A stretch of DNA of 64,000 bases from Paraspadella gotoi (taxonomy: Eukaryota; Animalia; Chaetognatha): positions 11,077,626 through 11,141,625 of the forward strand of contig CM119270.1 of assembly GCA_051294375.1 (NCBI GenBank), in the 5' to 3' direction. The translations under genes were made by a program, and so were the position numbers. Positions 15,072-37,773 of this stretch are shown here, piece after piece; positions within the stretch are counted from its first letter, which is position 1; every line of letters begins with the position of its first letter. The notes under the pieces were generated by a model that saw only the letters and a program-made list of their open reading frames with translations, ran no database searches and was not told where the DNA came from.

Positions 15072-15324
15072 GGAGGAGGAGAGAATGAGGAGATGAGACA
15101 GAGATGGAGAGAGAGGAGAGAGAAGATAAAGACATGGCGAAGAGAGAGAATAGTTATCGAGTTAGGTTTGTCATTGACGATTTAAAATAAGAACAATTTT
15201 AAACATTTTTTAAAAATGATTCTCATGTTTCGTCAATAATTTTTGGGTTCTCATTGTTTAATGTGGTTTTAACAATTCTATAGTATTTTTTTCTGATGTT
15301 GCTCACCTACATAGGCTTTTTTTG
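12921..15324. repeat. Inverted repeat, arms ~12921-13600 and ~14690-15324
   Basis: 'gggaagaagcgtcgctggaat' (13383) is the reverse complement of 'attccagcgacgcttcttccc' (14894). 'aacaatgagaacccaaaaa' likewise mirrors 'tttttgggttctcattgtt'. The shared peptide TIEQITRFEQIICQ appears on opposite strands in the ORF track. Confidence 0.88.
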
Positions 15325-16459
15325 TCTTCTTTCGTTTAATGTTGTCTAAAGTCCCTGTCACTAATCAGTCAGTAATCAGTTCTTCACAATCAATACTTCA
15401 TTTACTCAAACGATGATTTATGTTAAAATATCTTCAGTTCGGACTTTGGCCTTTAATCGAGAGGTGGCACGATGGGTGTTTTCGAGGGGTGGCACGGGGG
15501 GGGGCAAGGGGTGGTGGTGGTTTGAAAGGCAAGTCGCCCTTATCGCAGCGACGACGAATCCATTAACTGTTACTCCCATTAAAAAGGCCTCTTCTATTCG
15601 CGATATTAGTTTACAACTTAACGTCTCTAATAAAAATCAACAAATTCGCGATTTTTTTTCTAATGTGAAATTTAATAACGGTTAACGTGGAACCTGTGAA
15701 ATCAGTTGGAGCCTCGATCTCACTTTTGTTACTCTATAAATGTCGCGCTTTTTTGGTACATTTGTTAGTTTGATTATTCACAGACGATATTTCGAGTTAA
15801 CTCCAATTGTATTCATAGTTAAGTTTTAATTCAAATTAAATATTTTCAAAAAAATCTATAATTAGTTGTCTTCCGCGCTGCTCCTCTGCTTTCTACATGC
15901 GACCGCTCCAAGGTCTCATTGTCGCCGGTTCAATTCCACCAAATGGAGTTGGATCAGGCATCCGGGTTCCGGCAGCCGCCACCCGGTTTTCGGCATGCAC
16001 CCCGGGCAGACGAAAAAATATTAACTCTTAAAGGCGATGACGTTTTCCGCTTATAACGGAAAGCTCAGTAAAGAAAGGGGTGAACAGAAGAGGTGGTTTA
16101 AACGAAAGAGAACAGATTGTTCGGGTTGAACTGTTTAACTTTTTATATGATTTTGACTTAAGTTTCTTTTGAAATAATTGTCGCATAAGAATTACTAATA
16201 TTTTCTTCATCATAATCCGTTTAAAAAATATTTGGCTTTTTATTACAGTACTTATATTTTTTCCCTCTCTTCTCGATAATCCGAAGGCTGTTTGGAGCCA
16301 AAACTGTTTCCCTCCAATTTTTTTCTAATTTTTTCAAAAGTTTTTCTCTGGTTTTTATTCTTCTTTGCATTTTTAGACATAAGAGTCGAAAACCCGAGAA
16401 GAAAGTTGAAAGGCGGATGACGGATAAGACTTAAATTCTTTTTTTTATTCAATCATCCA

Positions 16460-16574
16460 TTCATTCATTAATTCATTCATTCATTCATTCATACATTCTT
16501 TCTTTCATTCTTTCTTTCTTTCTTTCTCGTGTCATCTCCGAAAAATATTATTTTTATATATTTTTAATATTATT

Positions 16575-16666
<92 letters not shown>

Positions 16667-16714
16667 ACTTTCTTTCTTTCTTTCTCGTGTCATATCCGAA
16701 AAATATTATTTTTT
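16460..16714 (+). repeat. (CATT)n/(CTTT)n microsatellite with a duplicated unique anchor
   Basis: 'ttctcgtgtcat(c/a)tccgaaaaatattattttt' at ~16524 and ~16682 brackets a (CTTT)n tract. Confidence 0.8.
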
Positions 16715-17559
16715 AAATGATTTTTATAAACTGAAAAGATTTCCAAGAATAACAATTACCATTATCACAAAACGTTTAAAAAACAATATTTGGGTTTTGA
16801 AAAATTTTCTGAAGACTTATCTTTAACGCTGTGAGATTGGTGAATCCTTTTATTAAACGTTCTATTATTTAAGGAAAGCGAATTGTTCTTTTTATTTCGA
16901 ATTTCTCTCATTAGAGGACGGAAGGATCTCTACAAATTTTAAAGAAAACCATTCTTATACAAAAGAACAGTCCATTATCGCATTTTTTTACTGAGGTGCG
17001 AGAATTTATGCTTAAAAATCCAGAAAAACATGAGTTTCGTCTTCATGTGTAATTGTGCATTAATAATATACCAAACTGTATGTATAACCGGAGCCGGAAA
17101 GGGAGTACTTGCCGCCGCCAACTTAAAATTCAGTCGTCTCTTTCTCTGTGTTCTTGTACACAGCAGCTCTAAATCATTCCTCGACGCGAAAGGCGAGATA
17201 ATAATTCGTTATTAATTATTAATTATCTATTTATTCAAAAAATAAGCTTTCTCGCATAAGGTTACTTGGGAAATTCTGAAATAAAGAAGAGCAGTTTTTA
17301 TATGAAAAATGACAAGATTACTTGTTTTACTAAATTATCAATTTATTAAATGAATAAGCTATCGCACCGCTGACTCTGGACATCTATAATATAGGCTATA
17401 TTTATAAATATATAAAAACAGGACATGTAACAACATGCGTATGTAAGTTCGTGTCCTTGACCGTATTTCTATTATCGTGTCTCAACTTCGATTATCTTTC
17501 CCTAACTTCTGTCATCCTATGTATAGTCTCACTCTCTCTTGAGAATTCCATCTCTCTCG

Positions 17560-17607
<48 letters not shown>

Positions 17608-17981
17608 CTTCTCTCTCTCTCTCTCTCTCTTTCTCTCAGCGAGCTTAAACTCGGGAGAAAACTCTTACAGCAGTCACTCCCCGAGTCTGAATACCCGAGC
17701 TCTTTATTCTCTTTCGTTCCCTGTCTCTTCGTCGCTCCTGTCATTCGGTCCAACGCCTCCCACTTACTCCTCCTTACCCCTCCTCCTCTCACTTCTCCTC
17801 CCTCCCTCTCCTACCCCCCATCTCACCCCCCAAGGTCCCGCCCGAAATTCCCATTGCCGAGAAAAGAGGGAAAGAGGCGAAGTCAAAAAGACGATGATGA
17901 CGTTAATGATTTTTTTTTTTCGCCTTTCGTTTCTTTTGTGATTCCGACGACGAAAAACATTTCCAAACTCTTTTTCGTCTC

Positions 17982-18054
<73 letters not shown>

Positions 18055-18349
18055 TTTTTTTTTTCTCTCTCTCTTCTGCCTTCGTGGGGGGGTGGTTTTT
18101 TTAAAGAGGGGCTGATGCGAAGGGGGCAGCGTTGGACGGGGGGCAAAGGGCCGCGGGGGTGTTGCAAGCACTTTCTCACTTATTCGGCGGTTTTTCGGCA
18201 GCCAAGATCGCCACGCCCCCTAGCGGCTCGCCCGGCCCCTAATTGCCCGAAACGGCTAACGACTTGTCTAGTTAGTGCGCCAAACTAAATGTCTTTTTGT
18301 GTCGGGAAACGCGGTGTTGCGAGCGACGAGCGAGCAGGAGAGCAGAGAG

Positions 18350-18436
<87 letters not shown>

Positions 18437-18711
18437 AAGAAGAGAAAGGGGGAGAGCAGAAATGCACAAATGTCATCTCTCTAAAGTAGTGAGAGGAAAG
18501 AGAGGAAATGCTCGGTTCTTTCACTATCCTTCTAATTCCTCTCTCTCTCTCTCTCTCTCCTCCTCTCTCTCTCTCTCTCTCTCCTCTCTCTCTCCCTCTC
18601 TCTCTATCTCTCTCTCTCTCTCCTCTTTCTCTCTCTCTCTCCTCATCCCCCTCTCTCCTTCCATTCTTGTATATCTCTTTTCTGTCTCCTCATGGTGTGA
18701 GCAGCGGAACA

Positions 18712-18770
18712 ATGAAGGATTTCATGGTGCAACGAATTAGGGTCGAGTTGCGCCGGGGTCAACCTACGAG
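18712..18770 (+). CDS. Candidate first coding exon (MKDFMVQRIRVELRRGQPT + phase-2 intron); possibly the start of a PDZ-like domain
   Basis: aacaATG start context, 59 nt of non-repetitive open frame, then a consensus donor GAG|GTGAGT at 18771. The peptide loosely resembles the first beta-strand of N-terminal PDZ domains. No downstream exon was found in the window. Confidence 0.3.
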
Positions 18771-20664
18771 GTGAGTGTTGTTGTTGTTGTTGTTGTCGTA
18801 TTCGCTATAAAAAGGAATGAGGCGAACAGTGGAATAAGAGAAATAGGAGAGAGAAGGGAACAACGCTCTGTGTACACTGAGGAGTAAAGGAATGGAAAGT
18901 ATAAAGTAAAGGAGAAAGAGAAAAGACATATTAGCGTAAACGTCGTCTATATAGTATTTAAGGAAATTCAATGGTAATGGATAATGTAATTAAAAATAAA
19001 CTAAACAAGAGAACATATGCATAAAAAGCACTAAATTTTTTTATGAACGAAAAAAGATGATGAGACCATTACGATTTAGACTAAACTTAAAATTTGAGGA
19101 TTTTGTTACTTTTTGGAAATACATGTAGTGCTTGGATACACAAGGTATTATATAGAATATACTACACGGATTTCAAATGTGAGTGAAATGAAAGGATCAA
19201 ATACTGTGGCTTAATAATTTGTTATAGCAACCTCAGATTTTGCAATCTGGTAAAAGAATCGCTGACGTTTTTTATTTTCCAACTAGTAGGCCAGCTTGCT
19301 TCCTTTCTTAGTTATCTGCTCATCAATGGCATGGTCGAATTTCATAAAAACAATTTTTTTTGCAATTGAATAGGACCTTCCTGTTATAAGATATATTTCT
19401 ATGTTTAAAAATTTCGGTTCATCTTACAAATATAGATATTGGAGTATGTGTCTGAGCAATCAGAATGTCAAAAACTTTTTCACAACCACAATGACAGCAA
19501 TTTTCTTTTTTCAGGTTTTTTAGTTAAAACTTATAGAAAATAAAAATTTCAGCTAAACCTTGAATTATATTAATTATTTAATAAAAATTTGTTTGCATAC
19601 TTCTGAGACATTATACTAACAAATAAATATAAAAGAAATTAAAAATTGTATCTCAATTTTTTTCACAATGAGTTTAAAATTGAATTATTAAATAAGAGGG
19701 GAAAAATGTTGCAAAAAAAGCTGCTGGAAGGCAAGCGCACCAGTTGCTATGATGTTAACTTGTTAAGTATTATCAATAGAAACATTAACGTCAGGGAATT
19801 TTAAATAATATAATAATATAATAAAATAATAATAAATAATTATTATTATTATTTTTAATAAATAAATATTAATCGCATTCAGTCATTTAAGAGTTATAAC
19901 AAATCTTTTCATTTCACTCCCATTTGAAATCCGTGTATATTAAACCTATTACCTATTGCCGTCTATGGCTGATTGAAGAAATAAATGGAATAAAATCCAA
20001 AGAAGAAAGTAAAAGAAGAATGTGCGGCAGAGACCAAGTGGTGACGCTTCGGACAAGAGGGCGTCACATGAAACTAGGGATCTACCCTTCGAGGAAAAAT
20101 CAGTCTGAGCGAGACTTTCTTTTCCTCATTGGCGCCGAAATATTTTGGGTTGTGGAGTTTATAAAATATTATCGATTAATTTAAAATAGTATTTATAACT
20201 TAAACTAGCTGTTGTAAATAAATAATAAAGTCGAACAACGAAAGCGTTAACAGACGAAGCGAAGATTAAATTGATTAAATTCAAATTCGCAACGATCGAG
20301 GTCTTCGAAGATCAAGGGGGAAAGTTGACCACAGAAATCTGAATTCAGTCACGGATAAAGAAACGACGATTCAACCAGACAGATTCTTGACAGATTCCTT
20401 CATTTCAAAGTATTTCCTGTTTTTATCCATATTTTTCGGAAGATGAAATCCCCTTTCCGGAATCGTTATCCACAATCTCTCTTTAATTGGAATCCGCCTT
20501 TCTTTCCTTGGAGATCAACTCACCCATCGCCCTCTCGTCCGGCCGATGACCAACGACTCGACACCCCCCCCCNNNNNNNNNNNNNNNNNNNNNNNNNAGG
20601 GGTCTCTCAACTGTTTTCTCTCAACTCTCTTCTCTCAACTCTCTTCTTTCAACTCTCTTCTCTC

Positions 20665-25249
<4,585 letters not shown>

Positions 25250-25521
25250 CCTTCTGTCTTCGCCTCGGAGACGAAAGAGAGAGAGAGCAGAGAGAGAGAG
25301 GAGAGAGAGCAGAGAGAGAGAGAGAGAGAGAAGAGAGATGTAGAGAGAGACGGAAAAACGGCAGAACCGGAGAGAGACCCGACTGATGACCATTTGTTTG
25401 TCGTCGCGTCGGACGACCGTCCCGTCGTCGCGGCGACGAACGACCGCGCCTCAAGCGGCGACAATACCCAAACGATTCCGAAGCGAACTTGGAGGGTGTG
25501 TAGCGTTTCGGAGGGGCGTAT

Positions 25522-30345
<4,824 letters not shown>

Positions 30346-30349
30346 AAGG

Positions 30350-32330
30350 GATGAGAAGAGAGTGGAATGAGAGAAAGAAGTGGAGAGAAGAGTTTGGAGA
30401 GAGAAGAGAGTTGAGAGAAGATCAGTTGAGAGAGAGAGTTGACGAGAAGAGATAGAGTTGAGAGAAAGGAGAAGGTTGAGAGAGAAGAGATGAGAGAAGA
30501 GAGTTGGAGAGAAGAAGAAAGAGAGTTGAAGAGAAGAGAGAGAGTTGAGAGAAAAGAGTTGAGGAGAAAAGAGTGAGAGAAGAGCAGTTGAGGAGAAGAG
30601 TGTAGAGGAGAAGAGAGTTGTAAGAAAGAGAGTTGAGAGAGGAGAGAGTTGAGAGAAGAGAGTTGAGAAGAAGAGAAGAGTTGAAAAGAAGAGAGTGAGA
30701 GTAAATTAAAGAGAGTTGATGAGAAGGAGTGAGAGAAGAGATGTGAGAGGAAAGAGTTGATGAGGAATGAGAGTGAGAGAGAAAGAGTTGAGAGAAGAGA
30801 GTTGAGAGAAGAGAAGAAGAGTTGAGAGAAGAGAGTTGAGAGAAGAAAGAGAGTAGAGAAGAGAGAGAGTTGAGCAGAAAAGAGTTTGAGAGAAGGGAAG
30901 AGAGGAAAGAGTCTGAGAGAGAGAGTTGAGGAGCAAAGAGAGTTGAGAGAAGAGAGTTGAGGAGACGAAGAGAGGTTAGAAGAAGAGAGAGAGTGAGAGA
31001 GAAGAGAGTTGAGAGAAGAAGAAGAGTGAAAGAAGATGGAGTTGGAGAGGAAAGAAAGAAAGAGAGTTGAATGAGAATAGAGTTGGAGGAAGAGAGTTGG
31101 AGGAAATAGAGTTGAGAGAAGAGAGTTTTGTTTGTGAGAGGAAAGAGTGAGAGAAAAGAGAGTTGAGAGAGAAGAGAGAAGTTGAGGAGAAGAGAGGTTG
31201 ATGGATAAAGGATGTTGACAGAAGAGAGTGATAGAAGAGAGAGAGTTGAGAGAAGAGAGTTTGAGAGAAGAGAGTTGAGAGAAGAGAGTTGAAGAGAGAG
31301 AAGGAGAGTTGAGAGAGAAGAGGTTGAGGAAGAGAGCAGAGTTGCAAAGAGAGAGTTGAGAGAAGAAAGAGAGTTGAGAGAAGAGAGTTGAGAGAGAATG
31401 AAAAGAGTTGAGGAAGAGAGTTGAGAGAAAAGAGTTTGAGAGAAGAGAGTTCGAAGAGAAGAGGAAGTTGAGGAAGAGAGTTGAGAGTAAGAGATGAGTT
31501 GAGACAGAGAGCTTGAGAGAGCAGAGTTGAGACTGAAGAGAGTACGAGAAGGAAAGAGAGTTGAGAGAGGAGAAGAGAGTTGTAGATGAGGAGGAAAGAG
31601 TTGAGAAGCAGAGAGTATGACGAGAAGAGAGTAGAGAGAATGACGAGACGGAGGTTGGAGGAGAGGATTAAGCAAGAATAGAGAGAAAGAGAGTTATGGA
31701 TGGATGGTTGATGAAAGTGGAAAAGAAGAGAGTTGAGAAAGAAGAGAGAAGTTGAGAGAGAGTTGAGAGAAGAGATGAGAGGAAGAGTAGAAGAGAGTTA
31801 GAGAAAGGAAGAAGAAGTTGAGAGAAGAGAGTTGGAGAAGAGAAGATGAGAGAAGAGAGTTGAAGAAGATGAGTTGAAGAAGAGAAGAGTAGAGAAGAAG
31901 TTGAGATGATAGGAGAGTTGAGGAGAGAAGAGAGTTGAGAGAAGAGAGTTGAGGAAGATGAGAAGAAGTTGAGAGTGGTGAGAGAACGAGATTGAAGGAG
32001 AGAGAGAGTTTTGAAGAGATAGAGAGTTGAGAGAAGAGAGTTGAGAGAAGAGCGAGTTGAGAGAAAGAAGAGTGAGAGTAGAGAGAGAGAGTTACGAAGA
32101 CAGAGAGAGAGAGTTGAGAGAAGAGAGTGAGAGGAGAGAATTGAAAGAGGAGAGTTGAGAGAGTAGATTGCAGAGAAAGAGAGCAGGAGTTGAGTGAAAG
32201 AAGTTGGAGAGAGAGTTGAGGAAGAGAGTTGAGAGAGAGAGTTGAGCAGAAAGATTATAGAAAGAGTTGATGGAGAGAGAGTTTAGTTGAGAGAAGAGAG
32301 TTGAGCAGAAGAGAGTTGTGAGAGAGGAGT
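30350..32330 (+). repeat. 14-bp satellite array (GAGTTGAGAGAAGA)n, noisy
   Basis: Many degenerate 'gagttgagagaaga' units; this explains the long Leu/Ser-rich minus-strand ORF. Confidence 0.9.
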
Positions 32331-32479
32331 TGACGGGAAGAGACCTGATAATTTCATTTGCCTTATGTCCTCAACGATAATGTCAAATTTCCCATTCGGC
32401 CTTATTTGTGAGACGACTTTTCGAACGGGAGGCTGAGTCGGAGAGAGAGAGAGGAAGAGAGAGGAGAGAGAGGAGGGCA

Positions 32480-32511
<32 letters not shown>

Positions 32512-34191
32512 CAGCAGACGTAGAGAGGAGAGAGAGCAGAGAGAGAGTGAGAGGCGGAGAGAATTTATAATGTTTCATTTGATTCTGGTTTTATGTTTAC
32601 ATCAATTAGGAAAACGAAAAAAAACTATTTTCCAAAATATCTTTTCTTAAGCGTCGAAATCCACCGTAAATCCTGCCACTTGCGCTAAGGTATAATCTTT
32701 TTCTCTCTCTCTCTCTCTCAGACTTTCTCTCCCTCTCCATCTGACATCTCTTTAATACGATCATTTTTCCCTCCTCGGCCCCAGACCTCTGCGCTGGTGT
32801 GAAATTGCGTTGGCACCAAACTTGTCCAAACCATCTGACGAAGAGAAAAGGAATAATAATAGAAGGAATTGCGAGCGGTCACTTGACCAAAGAACCCGCC
32901 GCCACCGGCCTGGCCACTGTCACCAATTTGGTGGCGAGAATCGTTGAGAAAACGTGACCACTTTCAACAGTTTCATTCGCACAATTTCTTCGAAAAAATG
33001 TTTTTTGATAATGAGAATTGGTGACATCAACGCACCACCGTTTGCAATAATGGCCCAAAAATGAGTGTGAAAATAAAAATTCGTTTTCACTCAAAACTTT
33101 GGTACATATAACTTATAACTTATCACCGATAGAATATATTGTCCTTTCGTTTAAAGGTACGTTAATATCGGAAACTCCTAGGCTGAAAGAATTACTTCTT
33201 CTCTTATCTCTCTCTCTCGGTCTCGGTCTCTCTCTCTCTCTCATATTTTACCCCGAAAAACAAAAGACCCCTTAGACGTACGAGTTGCTGTCCAGGGTCA
33301 TGTACTGTTCAGGTGAAGAGAAAGATAGATGCAAGAGAGAGAGACGAGAGACGGGAGAGGAGAGAGAGAAAGAGCAGAGAAGGATAGAGGATGAGAGAGA
33401 CGAGAGACGAGAGAGGAGAGACAGAGAGAGAGACAGACGAAGAGAGAGACGCGACCGGGGGTAACTTGTTTCCGCGTGAAACAAATAACCCTCTAACTCT
33501 CCGTTTTTACAGATGCGCGTTCCCAAAATTAGGGCACCCTCTGTGTCCGTTCGGTTCGAGAGTGGGATTAAAGACGTAGGAGAAAAGAGAGAACGAAGGA
33601 ACAAAGCAAAAAAATAAATGGCTGGTAAGGAAAGAAGGAAAGAAAGAACGAAGTAAAAAGATAAAAAAGGAGTATTAAAGAAACTACTAACGCCCCGCCA
33701 AAACAACCAGAAAAAAAAAAGAAAAACCGGTAAGGTTTAGAGAAAGGAACAGCTAATTTGGAGCCGCGGGGGGGACGGCTTTTTAGTCGAAAACAAATGC
33801 CTGGAGGACGAGTCAAAGGCGAGGAAGAAACGGAGAAGTGAACAGGGGAGAGGAGGAAAAACGGAAAGAAAAGGACGCCGAAACGGCACCCAAATAGGCG
33901 CGCCGCTTTCAAGCCCCTAAGCCCACAGCGAACGCCCAACAAACTTTCACATTCTTCAACTGCCCGAATATCCCTGTGACCGAGGCGACGGGCGCCGAAA
34001 AGCGGGTTGACCGTGTATAGGGTCGAGATTGTTACGGGAGGTGGATGTCGAGGGGGCATTGTTTGGATGGGGTGGTGAGGAAAGAAGGAAAGATGGGCGA
34101 GGCGCAGGGCAATGTCGAATTTCACAGCGCTATTTCGTCTGTTGCGCAGAATCTTCAGGTGACACTATTGGGTTCGTGCTCGCGCTCTCTC

Positions 34192-34224
<33 letters not shown>

Positions 34225-36271
34225 TCTTCTCTCTCTCTTCTCTCTCTCTCTTCTCTCCTCCTCTCTCTCTCTCTCTCCTTCTCTCTCTCTCTCTCTCCTC
34301 CCTCGCCGCCCGTTCCGCCGTTATTCGTGTTCTCAGAGGCACGGATTTATTCGCTTCATCCTCAATTCGTTCCTTTTTTTTTTCTCTCGTGCGGTAGTTG
34401 GGGTTTGGAAAGCCTCGAAAGGAGGTTGCAGTCTGCCGAGATGGCATGGACACTTTGGTTCAATGGTCTATTGGCGCAGAGCAGAGCGTTGCGTTTCACT
34501 GAAAGGCCCAACAATTGCTTATTTCGCTTCGCGCATCACTCGTTAGCTGGGAGATCTTTTTTTTCTCTCTTGTGCTAATTTGTAAAATCGATCTCGAAAT
34601 TATCGACCTTTTTTTGTCTTCGCAGTTTCCTTACCCAAATTGGTTTTTTGGATACTATTATGAAAATAGTTAGAAAGCGAACATCGTTTACTGGCTCTCA
34701 TATGATCTTTGGATTGATCTTTTATCTTCATTTTCAAAGACTTAAACGCCCTTTAAACGTACTTGCCACTCGGTGCCGAACCAGGCAACCCCGTACTGCA
34801 ACTCGCTCCCGATTCTCCGCGGCCCGAAACGCCATCCGGCCCCGAGCGGCTCGCCCTTTTCCTTCTGCTCATCAGGTGCCACGCGGCATAAGCCTCATGC
34901 CGCTCCCCCTGCTCCTCTTTACTCCCCCTTTTTTTCTCATTCTCTCTCCTCCCAAATTTCTAGATTGCGCCTTTTGTTTTCTGCCTTTTTTTTGACTTTT
35001 CACGACTTTCAGATAGAGTTTTCTCTCCGGCCGCAAGATGGATGACTCCCTCGATCCGCTAGAGTCAAGTTCTACAGGGAGAGTGAGAAGGAGAGAGGAG
35101 ATGAGAGAGAAGAGCAGACTGAGAGAGAGCGAGAGAGGAGAGAGGATGAGACAGAGAGAGAGCAGAGAAGAGAGGAGAGACGCGAGAGACACGAGATGAG
35201 AGAAGAGAATGAGAGAGATGTACGAGACCGATTTACTTCCTCTTTTTTATCCATTCTTCTTGTCTTTCTTTCTTTTCTTTCTTTTCTTTTTTCTTTTTCT
35301 TCTTTCTCTTTCTTTCTTTCTTTTTCTTCTTTTCTTTCTTTCTTTCTTTTTTTCTTTCTTTTTTCTTTCTTTCTTTTTTTTCCTCTATCTCTTTTTCCTT
35401 CTATCCTCTCTCTCTCTTTCGCTTCTCCTGTTTAGCAGTCAACATGCGGTTAAATGATACAGGCAAGACTCGTTGACCGCTGGTGGATTAGTTAGAATAT
35501 CTCTTTCTTTCCTCCTTTTTTCCCCGAATTCGAGGGAAAAGCGAACCCCGCGAAAATCTGTTTTCTTTGTTTTCGTTTCAACAGCGTGAATCTTTACCTT
35601 CAAACCTCCCGTTCTATATTTTTTTTAATCATTTGTTTTTAAACGTTCGTAACTACCTTTGACCCGCCTATTCCATCTCTATCTATTAACGGAGTAAAAC
35701 CTCTATCCTTAGTGAAGCACCGCTACCTCGGCCCGAGGGTTCAAGAAACCTTGGCGTGGTGGCGTCAGCAAAGTGCGGCTAAAGCAGGCGCTAAGCTTGG
35801 CACGTCCAGATGATTATATCGACCCGTAAAACAATGAAGAATGTATTGATGTATCGAGTGAGACGAGAGAGTAGAGAATGCAAGAGAGAGAGACGGAAGA
35901 TGAGAGAGATCTGAAGAGACAGAGAAAGGGGGAAAGAGAGAGGAGAGACGAGAGAGAGAGAGAAGAAAGAGCAGTTTAGCCTCGCGAATCGGAGAAAATG
36001 CTGATGACGACGCAACAATTGATAAAGGCAGACGAGTTGTCCATCTCCGGGTCTTGGGCGAACAACGACAACAACAAAAACGACCGTCGATTATTAACAA
36101 CTTTCCACACAACTTTCTTTTATTTACTTAAACTATATATCTGCTACAAATTGAAGCCGTAATTATCTATCGGAAAAAAGTTAAAAAAAATATTAATTTC
36201 ATAAATAAAAGAACGAAATTCCTACAGAAATCTCGTAAAAAGCGAAAACAAAATCGGAAAGAAACTTAGGA

Positions 36272-37370
36272 CCGAGGAGAAGAGAGTTGAGAAGGAAAAA
36301 AGAGGTTGAGAGAAGAGAGTTTGAGAGAAAAGAGTTGTGAGAGAAGAGAGTTGAGAGAAGAGAGTTGAGAGGAAGAGAGTTTGAGAGAAGAGATAGAGCT
36401 TGACAGACAGAGACGCTTGAGAGAGCAGAGTTGAGACGAAGAGAGTTGCACGAGAAGGAAAGACGAGTTGAGAAAGAGGAAAGAAGAGAGTTGAGATAAA
36501 AGACTGTGAGGCAGGGAAAGAGTTGAGAAGCAGAGAGTCGAGAGAGAAGAGAGTGAGAGAAGAGAGTCTGACGAGAACGGAGAGTTGGCAGAGAAGAGAG
36601 AGGAGTTGAGAGAGGCAGAAGAGAGTGAGAGAAGAGGAAGAGAGGAGTTTTATGGATGGATGGTTGATGAAATAAAGTGGGAAAAGAAGAGAGTTGAGAA
36701 AGAAGAAAGAGCAGTTGAGAGAAGAGAGTTGAGAGAAGAGAGCTCGAAGAGGAAAGATGTGAGAGAAGAGAGTTGAGAGAAAGGAAAAGAAGTTGAGCAG
36801 GAAGAGAGTTGAGAGAATGAGAGAGAGTTGAGGAGAAGAGAGTTGATAAAGAGAGGTTGACAGCAAAGAGAAGAGTTAGAGAAGAAGTTTGAGAGATAGG
36901 AGAGTTGAGAGGAAGAAGTTGAGAGAAGAGAGTTGAGCAGAAAGAGTGAGAGAGAGAGTTGAGAGAAAAGAGTTGAGAGGAACGAGATTGAAGAGAGAGA
37001 GAGAGTTGAGAGATAGAGAGTTGAGAGAAGAGAGTTGAGAGAAGAGCAGTTGAGAGAAGAGAGTAGAGAATAGAGTGATGAGAAGAGAGTTCTGAGACGA
37101 AGAGCAGTTGAGAGAGAGCAGTTGATGATGAGAAGAGAGTTGAGAGAAGAGAGAGAGTTGAAAGAGAGAGTTGAGAGAAGTAGAGTTGCAGTAGAAAGAG
37201 AGCAGGATGTTGAGAGAAACGAAGTTGAGAGAGAGAGTTGAGAGAAGAGAGTTGAGAGAGAGAGTTGAGCAGAAGAGAGTTATGAGAGAAAGAGTTGATG
37301 AGAAGAGATAGAGTTTTTAGTTTGACGGAGAAGAGAGTTGAGCAGAAGAGAGGTTGAGAGAAGGAGGAGT
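36272..37370 (+). repeat. 14-bp satellite array (GAGTTGAGAGAAGA)n, second copy
   Basis: Same unit, and the same internal marker 'ttatggatggatggttgatgaaa' as in the first array. Confidence 0.9.
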
Positions 37371-37728
37371 TGACGGGAAGAGACCTGAATAATTTCATTT
37401 GCCTTATGTCTCAACGATAATGTCAATACCCATTCGGCCTTATTGGAGACGGACTTTTCGAACGCGCGGATGGCTGAGAGAGAGATGAGACGAAGAGAGA
37501 GAGAGAGAGAGAGATGAGAGAGAGAGAGACGAGAGAGAGAGAGAGCAGCACGACGTGAGCAGAGAGAGAGTGAGAGGCGAAATTTATAATGTTTTCATTT
37601 GATTCTGGTTCTTTATGCTTACATCAATTAGAACGAAGAAAAAAACTATTTCCCAAATATCTTTCCTTAAGCGTCGAATCCACCGTAAATCCTCGCCCAC
37701 TTTGCGCTAACGTTATAATCTTTTCTCT

Positions 37729-37773
<45 letters not shown>

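Noticed and set aside
15920-15940. B-box-like GGTTCAATTCC (tRNA/SINE?)
   Set aside because: No A-box at suitable spacing and no cloverleaf.
25381-25445. CTGATGA followed by a hairpin in the palindrome spacer (hammerhead?)
   Set aside because: The stem does not abut the core and is followed by GAAC, not GAAA; there is no stem III/UH.
30422-31675. 417-aa ORF (and the 399-aa ORF at 36199-37398)
   Set aside because: Translation of the 14-bp satellite; the CT-rich strand simply lacks stop codons.
30350-37370. CRISPR-like array
   Set aside because: The repeats are contiguous satellite units without unique spacers; the context is eukaryotic and no cas genes are present.
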